Shown here: one piece after another, positions 1 through 9,010 of the stretch
Layout: each line of letters opens with the position of its first letter
Numbering within the stretch: position 1 is the stretch's first letter
Source: an uncultured virus (IMG/VR IMGVR_UViG_3300037011_000237)
Taxonomy: Duplodnaviria; Heunggongvirae; Uroviricota; Caudoviricetes
Virus record (IMG/VR): IMGVR_UViG_3300037011_000237
Direction: 5' to 3' (one strand)
Length of the DNA stretch: 64,000 nt
Notes under the pieces: generated by a model
What the model was told of the DNA's origin: nothing
Database searches by the model: none
What the model saw: the letters and a program-made list of their open reading frames with translations, nothing else
Made by a program: the position numbers and the translations under genes

Positions 1-38
1 TATCCTATCCCATCTTGAAGGGATTCTTGGAGACCAAC

Positions 39-305
39 ATGTACATCGCTCAGCTCGATATAACGGGCTTGCAGCAGTCAAAGGTGACGTTGTCGTCTTG
101 CCTAAACTCCTACATCAACAATCACCATTTGCCGGTCAAGTTGTTCCAGCGCATGGGGAACTTCTACCTGATGCGGTTGGATGTCGATGATAAGGGCAAT
201 GCTATCGAGAACTGGGAAACTATTCAGCTCCAGAAGCATATCGACGACTCGGCAGTGGAAATCACCCCGGCTGAGGTGGCGAAACATGCCCTCAAAACCA
301 AGTAA
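39..305 (+). CDS. hypothetical protein
   Basis: ORF 15..305; ATG at 39 follows a GGAG RBS; overlaps the next gene. No recognisable motif. Confidence 0.6.
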   Translation: MYIAQLDITGLQQSKVTLSSCLNSYINNHHLPVKLFQRMGNFYLMRLDVDDKGNAIENWETIQLQKHIDDSAVEITPAEVAKHALKTK

Positions 306-933
306 GGTACTCATCATTGTTGCTCGCAGATACAATGGGAATGAGTTATGGACAACACTTGGTGCTTTAGTATCGCGTGGACATTCGTTTACTATTGCCT
401 CGATGGCTTTAGAGATAGTCGACGAGGTTACTGGTCAACATAATCTCATTAAGACCCTCGTTGAGGCTACCCTCGAGATCGAGCACGATGCCCTTATGGT
501 GATCTCAGGTAACATGGAAGATACCGAAGCATACTGGACTATGCCTCATGTTCAGTCCCTTGTAGGAGACTTCTATACGGCCAAGAAGCCTATAGCGGCA
601 ATCTGCTGTTCTGTACCTACAGTTCGGCTTGCGGCCAAAGGCAAGAAAGTATCCTACTTCCCATTGATGCGTTCGAAAGACTTACTTGAAAGAGCTGGCG
701 CCTTGCCTCAGCCTGTATCGATAACAGTCGACGGCAATCTAGTCACTGCAGAGAATCAAATGGGTTCTCAGGTATGGGCTGAGGCCTTCTGCGATGTCCT
801 TGAAGGTAAGGATCCGAACATCCACTTAGTCGATTTCGGCTTCAGACCAGGCAAGAGGGAACGCAAACCAATGCCACAATTGGAACGCCTTAAGGCAATT
901 ACAAAGGCGACCGGAAGGACTAGGGTAAAATGA
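286..933 (+). CDS. DJ-1/PfpI family (class I glutamine amidotransferase-like fold) protein
   Basis: KVLIIVA..YNGNEL, DALMVISG, KPIAAICCS (nucleophile-elbow Cys), VDGNLVTA. Likely start is ATG 286 after GAGGTGG rather than 181. Confidence 0.85.
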   Translation: MPSKPSKVLIIVARRYNGNELWTTLGALVSRGHSFTIASMALEIVDEVTGQHNLIKTLVEATLEIEHDALMVISGNMEDTEAYWTMPHVQSLVGDFYTAKKPIAAICCSVPTVRLAAKGKKVSYFPLMRSKDLLERAGALPQPVSITVDGNLVTAENQMGSQVWAEAFCDVLEGKDPNIHLVDFGFRPGKRERKPMPQLERLKAITKATGRTRVK

Positions 934-1571
934 AATACGGCGTCAATGAAATATTCCACACGATTCAGGGTGAGGGTATCCTCGCTGGTACGCCTGCAAC
1001 GTTCGTACGCCTACAAGGTTGCACTGTTGGTTGTCCTTGGTGTGACACTAAGTATACATGGATGGCCGGTGGTAAGGTAATGTCACAGGATGATCTTGCT
1101 GAAGTCCTACGAGACACAATACGACCGCTAGTAGTTGTCACTGGTGGAGAACCAACTATATATAATCTGGACGACCTGTTTGATGTCCTACGGACACTTG
1201 GTCAACGGCGGTGGGCTCATAGTTTCCGCATCCAGATTGAAACGTCCGGTCAAAACAACTTCAAGGGCGAATTGAGACCTGACTACGTGACCTGGTCGCC
1301 GAAGCATAATCTGGGCTTTGACGCTCCTATTGAAATCAAAAGTCTAGCGACCGAGGTCAAATGGGTAGTTGATGACGACCTACTTATAGAGAATGTACAG
1401 AATCGGATGCATGAAGTAGGCCTATTAGTACGTCGCCAAACGACTTGTATCCTTATGCCTGAAGGATGTCCTCCATCACAAGAGCATGTAGACAAAGCAA
1501 TGCTTTGGTTAGCAGACAATCTAACTTGGCGTTTTGGGGACCGACTTCAATGGCGGATAGGAGTAAAATGA
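930..1571 (+). CDS. queE: 7-carboxy-7-deazaguanine synthase (radical SAM)
   Basis: EIFHTIQGEG, FVRLQGCTVGCPWCDTKY (CxxxCxxC), VVTGGEP, IETSG, TWSPK; adjacent to folE. Confidence 0.93.
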   Translation: MKYGVNEIFHTIQGEGILAGTPATFVRLQGCTVGCPWCDTKYTWMAGGKVMSQDDLAEVLRDTIRPLVVVTGGEPTIYNLDDLFDVLRTLGQRRWAHSFRIQIETSGQNNFKGELRPDYVTWSPKHNLGFDAPIEIKSLATEVKWVVDDDLLIENVQNRMHEVGLLVRRQTTCILMPEGCPPSQEHVDKAMLWLADNLTWRFGDRLQWRIGVK

Positions 1572-2137
1572 TTACCAAATCGAAAATTGATGAAATCGAT
1601 ATCTCAGGCCTGACAGATATCCTGTCACGAATATTTGGTGATACTGTTTGGGATGATGACGCCGGGCGAACGGCAGAACGTTGGCTGCAAGCAATGATGG
1701 AATTTGCACCGGGTGGAGAGATGCCCTTTAAGTTCACCACATTCCCTGCAGTTGCAAACGAGATGATTGTAGCAGTCGATATCGAATTCGCTTCGTTGTG
1801 CGCTCACCATCTATTCCCTTATGCGGGTAAGTGTCATGTAGGCTATCTCCCTAATGAGCTACAAGTAGGCATAAGTAAGATTCCTCGTTTAGTACACTGG
1901 ATGGCCGCTAGGCCAACATCTCAAGAGAAGTTGACGCATGACGTAGCAAGTTTCATGAAGCATAGTCTTGCAGCCCAAGGAGTAGCGGTTGTCATTGAAG
2001 CGACACATACTTGTATGGCCTGTCGAGGGATACGAGAACATAATGCTTCCATGAAGACATCTGATATGATGGGTATCTTCCTAACCGCGTCTGAAGCGCG
2101 GAATGAATTTCTAACCCTAGTTGGGAGGTCAAAATGA
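1568..2137 (+). CDS. folE: GTP cyclohydrolase I
   Basis: FASLCAHHLFPY, GISKIPRLV, SQEKLT, ATHTCMACRGI. ATG at 1568 overlaps the queE stop (ATGA). Confidence 0.95.
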   Translation: MITKSKIDEIDISGLTDILSRIFGDTVWDDDAGRTAERWLQAMMEFAPGGEMPFKFTTFPAVANEMIVAVDIEFASLCAHHLFPYAGKCHVGYLPNELQVGISKIPRLVHWMAARPTSQEKLTHDVASFMKHSLAAQGVAVVIEATHTCMACRGIREHNASMKTSDMMGIFLTASEARNEFLTLVGRSK

Positions 2138-2847
2138 AACTAGCAGTAATTGCACCCCCCAACGCTCTTGGAGTGGTAGCTACAATGCGAGCAAGTTTCC
2201 ATCTTGTACTTGCACAGTATGTTGAGGATCCTACCTACAATGCCTTCTATAGGTCTGCTCATCGTAGGGGCGACTTTATAATGCTCGATAACGGTGCGGG
2301 TGAGTCTTCTATGCTAACTATGCCTGCACTCCTCAAGGCAGCTAGTCTAGTATGGGCCGATGAGATTACCTTACCTGATGTAATAGGCGACTGCGATGAG
2401 ACCCTTAGAGTTGCTAGCGAAGCGTTGCCAATGATCCCTCTACATAAGCGAGCTATGTGCCCTCATGGTAGTAGTTGGGGCGAATGGGAACGATGTGCTA
2501 TTGAACTTATGAAAATGGGATGTGCAACAATCTGCATAGGACGTTACGATCGTTTGCCTGATGGTAGGTTTCCTGCATTCAAGATTATTGAGAAGCACCA
2601 ATGGCATTGGAATCATCACATCCACTTATTCGGATGCTTCGAGCCCCCTATAAGGGCTACGAGATTAGAGTTAGCAGCTGCTCCTTGGCTCCGTAGTATG
2701 GATACAGGTGCCCCTATTGCATATGCTCAACAGGGTCGTATATTGGATGACGGTCCGCACGCCTCCTTGCAATGGAATGTACCCTTCCACTCCCGGGTCG
2801 CGGAACAGAACATTGAGAGACTCACTGACGTCTGTAATGGAGCCTAA
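2134..2847 (+). CDS. TGT/DpdA-like TIM-barrel protein, candidate deazaguanine DNA transglycosylase
   Basis: IMLDNGA, LPDVIGD, HIHLFG and RSMDTG resemble the DSG/PD/HxxG/SxD motif order of tRNA-guanine transglycosylase-like enzymes; translationally coupled to folE. Confidence 0.55.
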   Translation: MKLAVIAPPNALGVVATMRASFHLVLAQYVEDPTYNAFYRSAHRRGDFIMLDNGAGESSMLTMPALLKAASLVWADEITLPDVIGDCDETLRVASEALPMIPLHKRAMCPHGSSWGEWERCAIELMKMGCATICIGRYDRLPDGRFPAFKIIEKHQWHWNHHIHLFGCFEPPIRATRLELAAAPWLRSMDTGAPIAYAQQGRILDDGPHASLQWNVPFHSRVAEQNIERLTDVCNGA

Positions 2848-3090
2848 ATGCACATAATCCTAAAGAATCAAGTCACAAAGGAAGTCGAAGGAATCCTCTG
2901 TGTCGAGAGAGAAGCCCACACGGCTATCGTCCTACACTCAGACATCGATCGATTGGATGACCTTGTTGCTATTGCTCGTGGGATGAAGGTCCCAAACGTT
3001 CGCCTCATAGTCCCTAAAGCGGCAGTTGAGCAGTTAGAGGCCTATGGCTGGAAACCTGTCGCCGACCTAGTTGTACTGTCAAAGATATGA
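2848..3090 (+). CDS. hypothetical protein
   Basis: 80 aa ORF abutting both neighbours, with a GGAG RBS. Confidence 0.7.
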   Translation: MHIILKNQVTKEVEGILCVEREAHTAIVLHSDIDRLDDLVAIARGMKVPNVRLIVPKAAVEQLEAYGWKPVADLVVLSKI

Positions 3091-5438
3091 AACCTAAAGC
3101 CCCCCTCGCAAGATGTGAATACTGTACTCTAAGGCAGGAGCCCTTCGTTCCCTCCTCAGGGAAGTTCAATGCCACTTTGGTAGTAGTGGGCGAAGCTCCC
3201 GGAGCCACAGAAGTCGATCAAGGTAAGCCCTTTGTAGGACCAAGTGGGCAACTCCTGGACGCGGCTATAGCACAGGCTCAAGGGAACCCAGTTGATTCTT
3301 ATCGGACAAACGTAGTGCTTTGTCGTCCTGAAGGTAACCGGGATCCTAGCGAATTAGAGGTCAGTTGCTGTCTCCCGAGATTGCTCGATGAGTTAAGGAA
3401 AACAAAGGGGCCGATCCTCGCCCTTGGGTCAGTCGCTAGTACAGCTCTTGGAATCCCCTTTAATCAACAAGGCGCGTGGGTTCCATGGGATGAGGGTCGT
3501 TGGGTGAAGCCAGCGTGGCATCCTGCTTACGTATTACGCAAGGCGGACGAAGCAACAGTGTTCCTGAAGGAAGTCGAGTCTGCTGTCCTCGGGCCGGAAA
3601 AAAGGCGGTTGTTCAATCCCGAAGTACGATGGGCAACGTCCGCAGTTCAGTTAGAAGAGCTCCTGCAAAAATGTCCTAGCGGTTCTTGGGTAGCGTTTGA
3701 CCTGGAGACGGATCAAGTACAATGGTATGATACTCCAATTGCTAAGCGTGATGGTATCCTGATGTTACAGTTGGCCTGGAGCTACGACTTTGGAATAGTG
3801 GTACCAGATGACTTACTGTACGATAGTCCGAAGGCCCAGCAAGTACTACGCGACTTCTTCTCCCGTGTCAAGACGGTAGGTCATAATGCAAAGTTCGATA
3901 CGGTCTTTATGCGATCGCATCTAGATATAGTCCCACACCTTGACTTCGATACAATGCTGGCCCAATACGTTCTAGATGAGACCATGCCGTTAGGCTTGAA
4001 AAAGTTAGCATCCTTATACTTTGGACTTCCTGACTATGAGGCTGAACTAATATCAGGATACCTGAGCAGTCGGAATGACCGCTATTCGAAAGTACCTCCT
4101 GAGAAGTTAGGACAGTATGGTGTATTAGATGTTGTTGTAACACTAGCCTTCAGGGAAGTGTTTGAAAAGATGTTACGAGAATCAGGCCAGTATGAAATGC
4201 CCTTTGAAGGGATTATCATGCCGGCAACACGTATGTTTGAGAATGCCGAGCTCAGGGGGATGCAAGTGGATGAGGGTGCTCTAGAGTATGTCGGTACAGA
4301 GTTACAGAAGGTCATTGAACAGAAGTTGGCCGAGCTAAGGGAAGTCTCTGGTCATCCTGACTTGAATCCTAATTCGACACAACAGATGTCTGCATTATTC
4401 TATGATGAACTTAAGTTGCCTGGAGCTAGGAGTCGCAAGGCAGGACCGCGATCAACCGGTGCTGATGCAATAGAGCGACTAAGAGGGATGCATCCAATAG
4501 TAGAGATACTAGAGGAGTTCCGCCGAGCTCACAAACTATATGTCTCGTATGTGAAGAACGTTTATGCATATCGGGACTTGGAAGGCCGTGTACACGCCAA
4601 CTTTATGATTCATGGAACGGAGGTAGGACGCATATCTGTCCGTGATCCAGCATTACAAACCATTACACGTCCAGATGATACACCAGGCAACTATGGTGGG
4701 CTGATTAGGGGTATGTATACTGCAGGTCCTGGTAAGGTATTAGTCATTGGCGACTTTAGCCAAGCCGAGTTACGTGGGTTGGCCGCCTTTAGTATGGACC
4801 CATACCTATTGAGTGTATACAGGAATGACCGTGACTTACATACCGAGGTGGCCATTTCAATATATGGTCCAAACTTTACCAAGGAGCAAAGGCATATATG
4901 CAAGGACTTCAACTTCTCCTATGTATACGGAGGTACAATCTATTCCTTCGCTCTAGGTTCCGGCATCCCCGTAACCCAGGCGCAAGACTTTGTCCGTATG
5001 TATGATGGATTGATGCCTGTTGCCAAGCAGTGGAAGAAGAGTCAGTATGAAGAGGCCTTAGCAAATGGTTGGGTTGAGACTATCTTTCATAGAAGGCGAC
5101 ACTTCCCGTTAGTGACTGAGGATAACGAGAAGGATATCCGGAAGGCTTGCGTCCATATGGTGATTGCTGGCACTGCTAGTGACCTAGATATGATGGCCGC
5201 TAGTCAGTTAGAGTCTGAGGGCATCCCTATCGTCTTAACCGTCCATGATAGTGTTATTGCCGAAGTGGACGAGGCTAATGCAAAGGTAGTTGGCCTGCGG
5301 ATACACGAAGTAATGTTAGAGATGGGTAATCGCTATCTACCCCAAGTACCTTGGAAGGTAGATGTCGAGATTCGTCATACTTGGTATGGAGGTAGTAGCC
5401 TTGAACTAAAGGGTGGGAAGTGGATAGAACATGACTAA
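3087..5438 (+). CDS. polA: family A DNA polymerase with N-terminal family-4 uracil-DNA glycosylase-like domain and 3'-5' exonuclease
   Basis: UDG: CEYC, GEAPG, GKPFVGPSG, TNVVLCRP, HPAYVLR. Exo: FDLET, HNAKFD, YGVLD. Pol motifs A (DFSQAELR), B (KDFNFSYVYG) and C (VHDS). Confidence 0.95.
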   Translation: MKPKAPLARCEYCTLRQEPFVPSSGKFNATLVVVGEAPGATEVDQGKPFVGPSGQLLDAAIAQAQGNPVDSYRTNVVLCRPEGNRDPSELEVSCCLPRLLDELRKTKGPILALGSVASTALGIPFNQQGAWVPWDEGRWVKPAWHPAYVLRKADEATVFLKEVESAVLGPEKRRLFNPEVRWATSAVQLEELLQKCPSGSWVAFDLETDQVQWYDTPIAKRDGILMLQLAWSYDFGIVVPDDLLYDSPKAQQVLRDFFSRVKTVGHNAKFDTVFMRSHLDIVPHLDFDTMLAQYVLDETMPLGLKKLASLYFGLPDYEAELISGYLSSRNDRYSKVPPEKLGQYGVLDVVVTLAFREVFEKMLRESGQYEMPFEGIIMPATRMFENAELRGMQVDEGALEYVGTELQKVIEQKLAELREVSGHPDLNPNSTQQMSALFYDELKLPGARSRKAGPRSTGADAIERLRGMHPIVEILEEFRRAHKLYVSYVKNVYAYRDLEGRVHANFMIHGTEVGRISVRDPALQTITRPDDTPGNYGGLIRGMYTAGPGKVLVIGDFSQAELRGLAAFSMDPYLLSVYRNDRDLHTEVAISIYGPNFTKEQRHICKDFNFSYVYGGTIYSFALGSGIPVTQAQDFVRMYDGLMPVAKQWKKSQYEEALANGWVETIFHRRRHFPLVTEDNEKDIRKACVHMVIAGTASDLDMMAASQLESEGIPIVLTVHDSVIAEVDEANAKVVGLRIHEVMLEMGNRYLPQVPWKVDVEIRHTWYGGSSLELKGGKWIEHD

Positions 5439-5712
5439 GCCCCCATTACGCGACCCTGGTCAGATAGTATGTGCTAAAGCCCGAGGATATCTATATCACG
5501 GTAAGTACCCTCAGGTATGCGTGTTTACTAAGTACATCTCGGAGCTTGATCATTTAGTAACGGCGTTCGGGGGGCATTACTATAAGCACTTAGCAGGTTA
5601 TATTTGGGTATTGAGTAGGCGCTCAGAAATAGCTGCAATGATGACAAAAGTAAAGCCGTGGCTACCTTCATGCCACGGCTTCGAGAACATTCTTGGCGAT
5701 GTATCGCGTTAG
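5431..5712 (+). CDS. small protein resembling the C-terminal half of a LAGLIDADG endonuclease domain
   Basis: LDHLVTAFGGHYY...YIWVLS...IAAMMTKVKPWL pattern; no LAGLIDADG helix visible. Confidence 0.4.
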   Translation: MTKPPLRDPGQIVCAKARGYLYHGKYPQVCVFTKYISELDHLVTAFGGHYYKHLAGYIWVLSRRSEIAAMMTKVKPWLPSCHGFENILGDVSR

Positions 5713-6068
5713 GTTTTTACTTCGCCAATTGCACGGTAGGTCACGCCAACACTTGTTATGCCCAGAGTCAGAATCAAATCCTGTATCAGCGTCTCATTGA
5801 TGGGGAATCCTGGGACGAACGCTCTGACGAAGATGAACACCAAGGATACCACAAGAGACCAGAATTTGATTGAGCGGAAGAGACCGACATAGCTTCCTCC
5901 GGGCTCAATGCTGGCGGCAGCGATAAAGGCCACAAGCGCGATGACTGCAGTTGTGATTGCCGTCTGGTCGACATGTGCTGCAATTACTGGGGCGTAGGTC
6001 CCGAGTAATACAAACACAATCGCCAGCAACGCTGCCCAGAAACGGGGGGAGGTCAAAATGTTCTTCAT
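5709..6068 (-). CDS. holin-like membrane protein with internal duplication
   Basis: About four hydrophobic segments; two similar halves (LTSPRFWAALLAIVFV and LFRSIKFWSLVVSLVFI); ATG 6068 after GAAAGGAG; two genes downstream of the endolysin. Confidence 0.65.
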   Translation of the reverse strand: MKNILTSPRFWAALLAIVFVLLGTYAPVIAAHVDQTAITTAVIALVAFIAAASIEPGGSYVGLFRSIKFWSLVVSLVFIFVRAFVPGFPINETLIQDLILTLGITSVGVTYRAIGEVKT

Positions 6069-6111
6069 GCATCTCCTTTCTAAATCCGGCCGTAGTGCGC
6101 CGGCTGATAAA

Positions 6112-6420
6112 CTATTTCTTGCTGGCCTTAGCAACGGCCATCTTATCTAGACGTTCTCCGATTGAGTCGCTAAGGTCCTTGAAGCCTTTAGAGAGTTCGC
6201 TTAGAGCTTTGATGTTCTCCTCACGCTGCTCTTTTATGGCCCCCATAAATAAGGCAGTCTGATCTTTCTGAGTCTCGGCTGTTGAGGCCGCCTGGGTTGC
6301 TTGAGCGAGCATAAAGGCAGCTGTTATCTCTTTGAGGTGTCGCAGGAATAAGATAACAACAAGCACAACGACGCCGGCGAGGGGTATTTGCAGTAGTAGA
6401 TTCCATGAGATCGTATCCAT
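6112..6420 (-). CDS. single-TM coiled-coil protein (holin/antiholin-like)
   Basis: N-terminal hydrophobic helix followed by a heptad-like region; lies between endolysin and holin-like gene. Confidence 0.55.
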   Translation of the reverse strand: MDTISWNLLLQIPLAGVVVLVVILFLRHLKEITAAFMLAQATQAASTAETQKDQTALFMGAIKEQREENIKALSELSKGFKDLSDSIGERLDKMAVAKASKK

Positions 6421-6428
6421 GAGACTCC

Positions 6429-7418
6429 TTATAGAAGGGCTAGATAGGAGGCGTATACCCAGTTACCATCAGTCATCTGAGCATAGCCGTTTGTTGTGGG
6501 GATACTAAGGATATGTAAAACCTCATTCTTCATAGCGGTGCGGACTACCGCAAAGGTTGTTGCAGGTCCCTTCCGTACATTGATCGCCCCTTGGACTACA
6601 ATGTAGTTCTTGTACGAAGGTGTAGGCGGAGGAGGTGTTGGTAAGGGCTCCAACCCGCCCTTGATCCATTCAGGAAAGAATGTACTTACATCGCACGGCA
6701 TCTTCCTACCTAACTGATCGTAAGTGCCCGGTAAGAGACATCGATCACCAGTGAACTGATGTCCTACGACTTTTGTAGGAACCTGGCCCTTAGAGAGACG
6801 GATGTCGTAAGAGGGCATCCAACTCATCCGGAGCTGATCCCAAGTCATAGACGTCTTTCCAGTAGGCTGCCTTCCATACTGCGGTACCCAAGATAGGTAC
6901 TTTGGAAGCCACTCATCCATCTTAGGCGCCCAGGAAGTTATGAAGCCGTTGTTGCAGTATACACCTGAAGCCGGATCACGTGCATATAACGTCTCCATGA
7001 ACTTCTGGAAGTGGAGGCTTATCTTGACAGGATCGCCAATGGGGACTTTTGAATAATCGCCTGTACGAATCCCGACGTACCAAGCAGCCCAATTCGTCCA
7101 CCATTGCTCTTGATCCGCCCAGACCCACCTGATAGGCAAGCCTTCGATGACCATTGTATCAGCTAACCAATTGGCCTGTGCTATGGGATCGTCGATGATG
7201 TCATCCCAGCAGTAGGCCTGTAGTACCATACTCGACTTAGTCGCAACATTGATGCAATGCTCCCGCGACTTCCGAGAGAGTATACGCTTTCCATTTACTG
7301 TAGTATGGTATAGACCAACTATGACTGCCTTGACGCCGTTATCCTCTAATTCCTTTGCATCAATGCGAGTACAATAGTCGGATACATCTACCACAAGTAC
7401 ATTAGGGTTGATTCTCAT
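6429..7418 (-). CDS. endolysin: GH25-like muramidase plus C-terminal SH3b domain
   Basis: N-terminal VDVSDY, WADQE (DxE), HQFTG; Pro-rich linker; INVRKGPAT...GNWVYASYL SH3b pattern. Confidence 0.8.
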   Translation of the reverse strand: MRINPNVLVVDVSDYCTRIDAKELEDNGVKAVIVGLYHTTVNGKRILSRKSREHCINVATKSSMVLQAYCWDDIIDDPIAQANWLADTMVIEGLPIRWVWADQEQWWTNWAAWYVGIRTGDYSKVPIGDPVKISLHFQKFMETLYARDPASGVYCNNGFITSWAPKMDEWLPKYLSWVPQYGRQPTGKTSMTWDQLRMSWMPSYDIRLSKGQVPTKVVGHQFTGDRCLLPGTYDQLGRKMPCDVSTFFPEWIKGGLEPLPTPPPPTPSYKNYIVVQGAINVRKGPATTFAVVRTAMKNEVLHILSIPTTNGYAQMTDGNWVYASYLALL

Positions 7419-7422
7419 AGGG

Positions 7423-7659
7423 TTACCTATTCAGGACGGTGTCTTCAGCATCTACCACTACAGGTACAATGTTGATAGAATGCTTAGCGGACTCCAATGT
7501 CGCCTCGTCTAATATTTCCTCGTTGTTTGAAGACATTGCAGCGCGACAGTCTAGGCCTCGCTTCTCACACTCGTCATCCAGAAAGTCTATGGCCTTCTGC
7601 TGTGTAGAGAATATAGGCCCGATCGATGAGTTGATAGTGACTAGATATACCGTTGTCAT
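7423..7659 (-). CDS. hypothetical protein
   Basis: 78 aa ORF with an AGGAGGAG RBS. Confidence 0.65.
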   Translation of the reverse strand: MTTVYLVTINSSIGPIFSTQQKAIDFLDDECEKRGLDCRAAMSSNNEEILDEATLESAKHSINIVPVVVDAEDTVLNR

Positions 7660-7835
7660 TTTGGCTCCTCCTTTACATACGGAACGATAGTGAATACAAC
7701 GTTGATTAGAAAGCCTACTTCGCCCATGTTCTTGAATACAGGATTACTGCCATGCTGCCAACCTGTTAGTGCACATAGCTTGAGGTACATTACCTGAAAC
7801 TCTTCAGGTGTATAGGTCTTCTCTTGTTCGGCCAT
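7656..7835 (-). CDS. hypothetical protein, 59 aa (not in ORF track)
   Basis: Manual translation MAEQEKTYTPEEFQVMYLKLC...PYVKEEPK*; AAGGAG RBS; stop overlaps the next ATG (ATGA). Confidence 0.7.
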   Translation of the reverse strand: MAEQEKTYTPEEFQVMYLKLCALTGWQHGSNPVFKNMGEVGFLINVVFTIVPYVKEEPK

Positions 7836-7846
7836 TTCGGTCTCCT

Positions 7847-9001
7847 TTAGGCGGCGAATGCGCCTACGTTACTAGCGGATATCCGCTGACAGACCCACAT
7901 GCTACCAATACCCGGTGTAATATTACCGGAGGTAACTGTGGCTTGAATTTTCAGGCTCGTGCCCGCACCGTTCTTTAGGTGGATGCGCATATGAATGTAA
8001 TGGCTCACAGCGTCAGACAACGATCCTGTAACGATCGTCCTCGAAGCGGTAGCATCGTTGTAGTATTGGCCACAAAGCATGTTCGCATCCCCAGGAGGAG
8101 CTACAATACCCGTGATGGGTGACGACTCCCACCAAATGTCTTGCCCAGTTGGGGCGGAACTATTGAGAAGCGTAATCGTCACTGTACTAGCTGTAGACTT
8201 CAAGAAGTATAACCATGCCTCTATTATATAGTAAGCACTTGCAACCAATGGGATGTTTGATGTCGAACCGAAGAAGTTGGCTACAGTGGTTATCGCACCA
8301 CCAGCGGCCGTTAACTTGAAGTGCTGCTCGACTGGTATGGCACCACGACCAGCTGTAGTCTCGTTGGTGATGTAGGAGTTAATTGAGTCATACTCTATAG
8401 CCCCTGCTACAGGGGTGCCTAGAAGTACACCAGTGCCTTGAAAGTAAGCGGGTGCCTGACCCGCAGTGGCGGTACCGACGCGGAATAGTACAGCACCAGT
8501 ATAAGTAGCACCTGCTAGTAAAGCACATCCAAGTAGTGTCTGTGCCTGAGCTACTGTCATGGCGATAATATTACCTGAAGCGATACGGCCTACGAATGTA
8601 CTGGCTGCTACTGCCATTGCAGTAATGACTGCTGAACCTGAGGTAGCATTGACCATAACGGTGTTAGCCGCAACGGTGGCAAGATCGCCAATTGCATAGG
8701 CCAGTAATGTCTTTGCTTGAGCCACGGTCATGGCAATTACGTTACCAGATGCAATACGTCCTACAAAGGTACTTGCAGCGACTACAAGAGCTGCTGGAGC
8801 AGCCACACCCGCTGTAGCGTTTGCGACTACTGTATTAGCTGCAATAGTCGCGAGATCGCCAATAGCATATGCTAGGAGCGTCTTCATCTCTGCTACGGAT
8901 GCGGCTCCAGGGATAGCAGCGCTACCCGTGATGTTAGCCAATACGGTATAGGCTGCTTGTGGATATACTTGCTTTAGTTTGATGCCGGTAGCAGTTCCCA
9001 T
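7847..9001 (-). CDS. tail fibre / fibre-associated structural protein with Ala-rich internal repeat
   Basis: Two ~58 aa repeats (KTLLAYAIGDLAT.AANTV..NAT...AASTFVGRIASGN.IAMTVAQA) followed by a beta-rich C-terminal domain; follows the tail fibre gene. Confidence 0.6.
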   Translation of the reverse strand: MGTATGIKLKQVYPQAAYTVLANITGSAAIPGAASVAEMKTLLAYAIGDLATIAANTVVANATAGVAAPAALVVAASTFVGRIASGNVIAMTVAQAKTLLAYAIGDLATVAANTVMVNATSGSAVITAMAVAASTFVGRIASGNIIAMTVAQAQTLLGCALLAGATYTGAVLFRVGTATAGQAPAYFQGTGVLLGTPVAGAIEYDSINSYITNETTAGRGAIPVEQHFKLTAAGGAITTVANFFGSTSNIPLVASAYYIIEAWLYFLKSTASTVTITLLNSSAPTGQDIWWESSPITGIVAPPGDANMLCGQYYNDATASRTIVTGSLSDAVSHYIHMRIHLKNGAGTSLKIQATVTSGNITPGIGSMWVCQRISASNVGAFAA

Positions 9002-9010
9002 GTTATTCCT

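Noticed and set aside
181..285. N-terminal extension of the PfpI ORF from ATG 181
   Set aside because: Overlaps the upstream gene; a better RBS and the domain start lie at 286.
1466..1567. N-terminal extension of folE
   Set aside because: Lies inside queE; the ATGA overlap at 1568 is the more plausible start.
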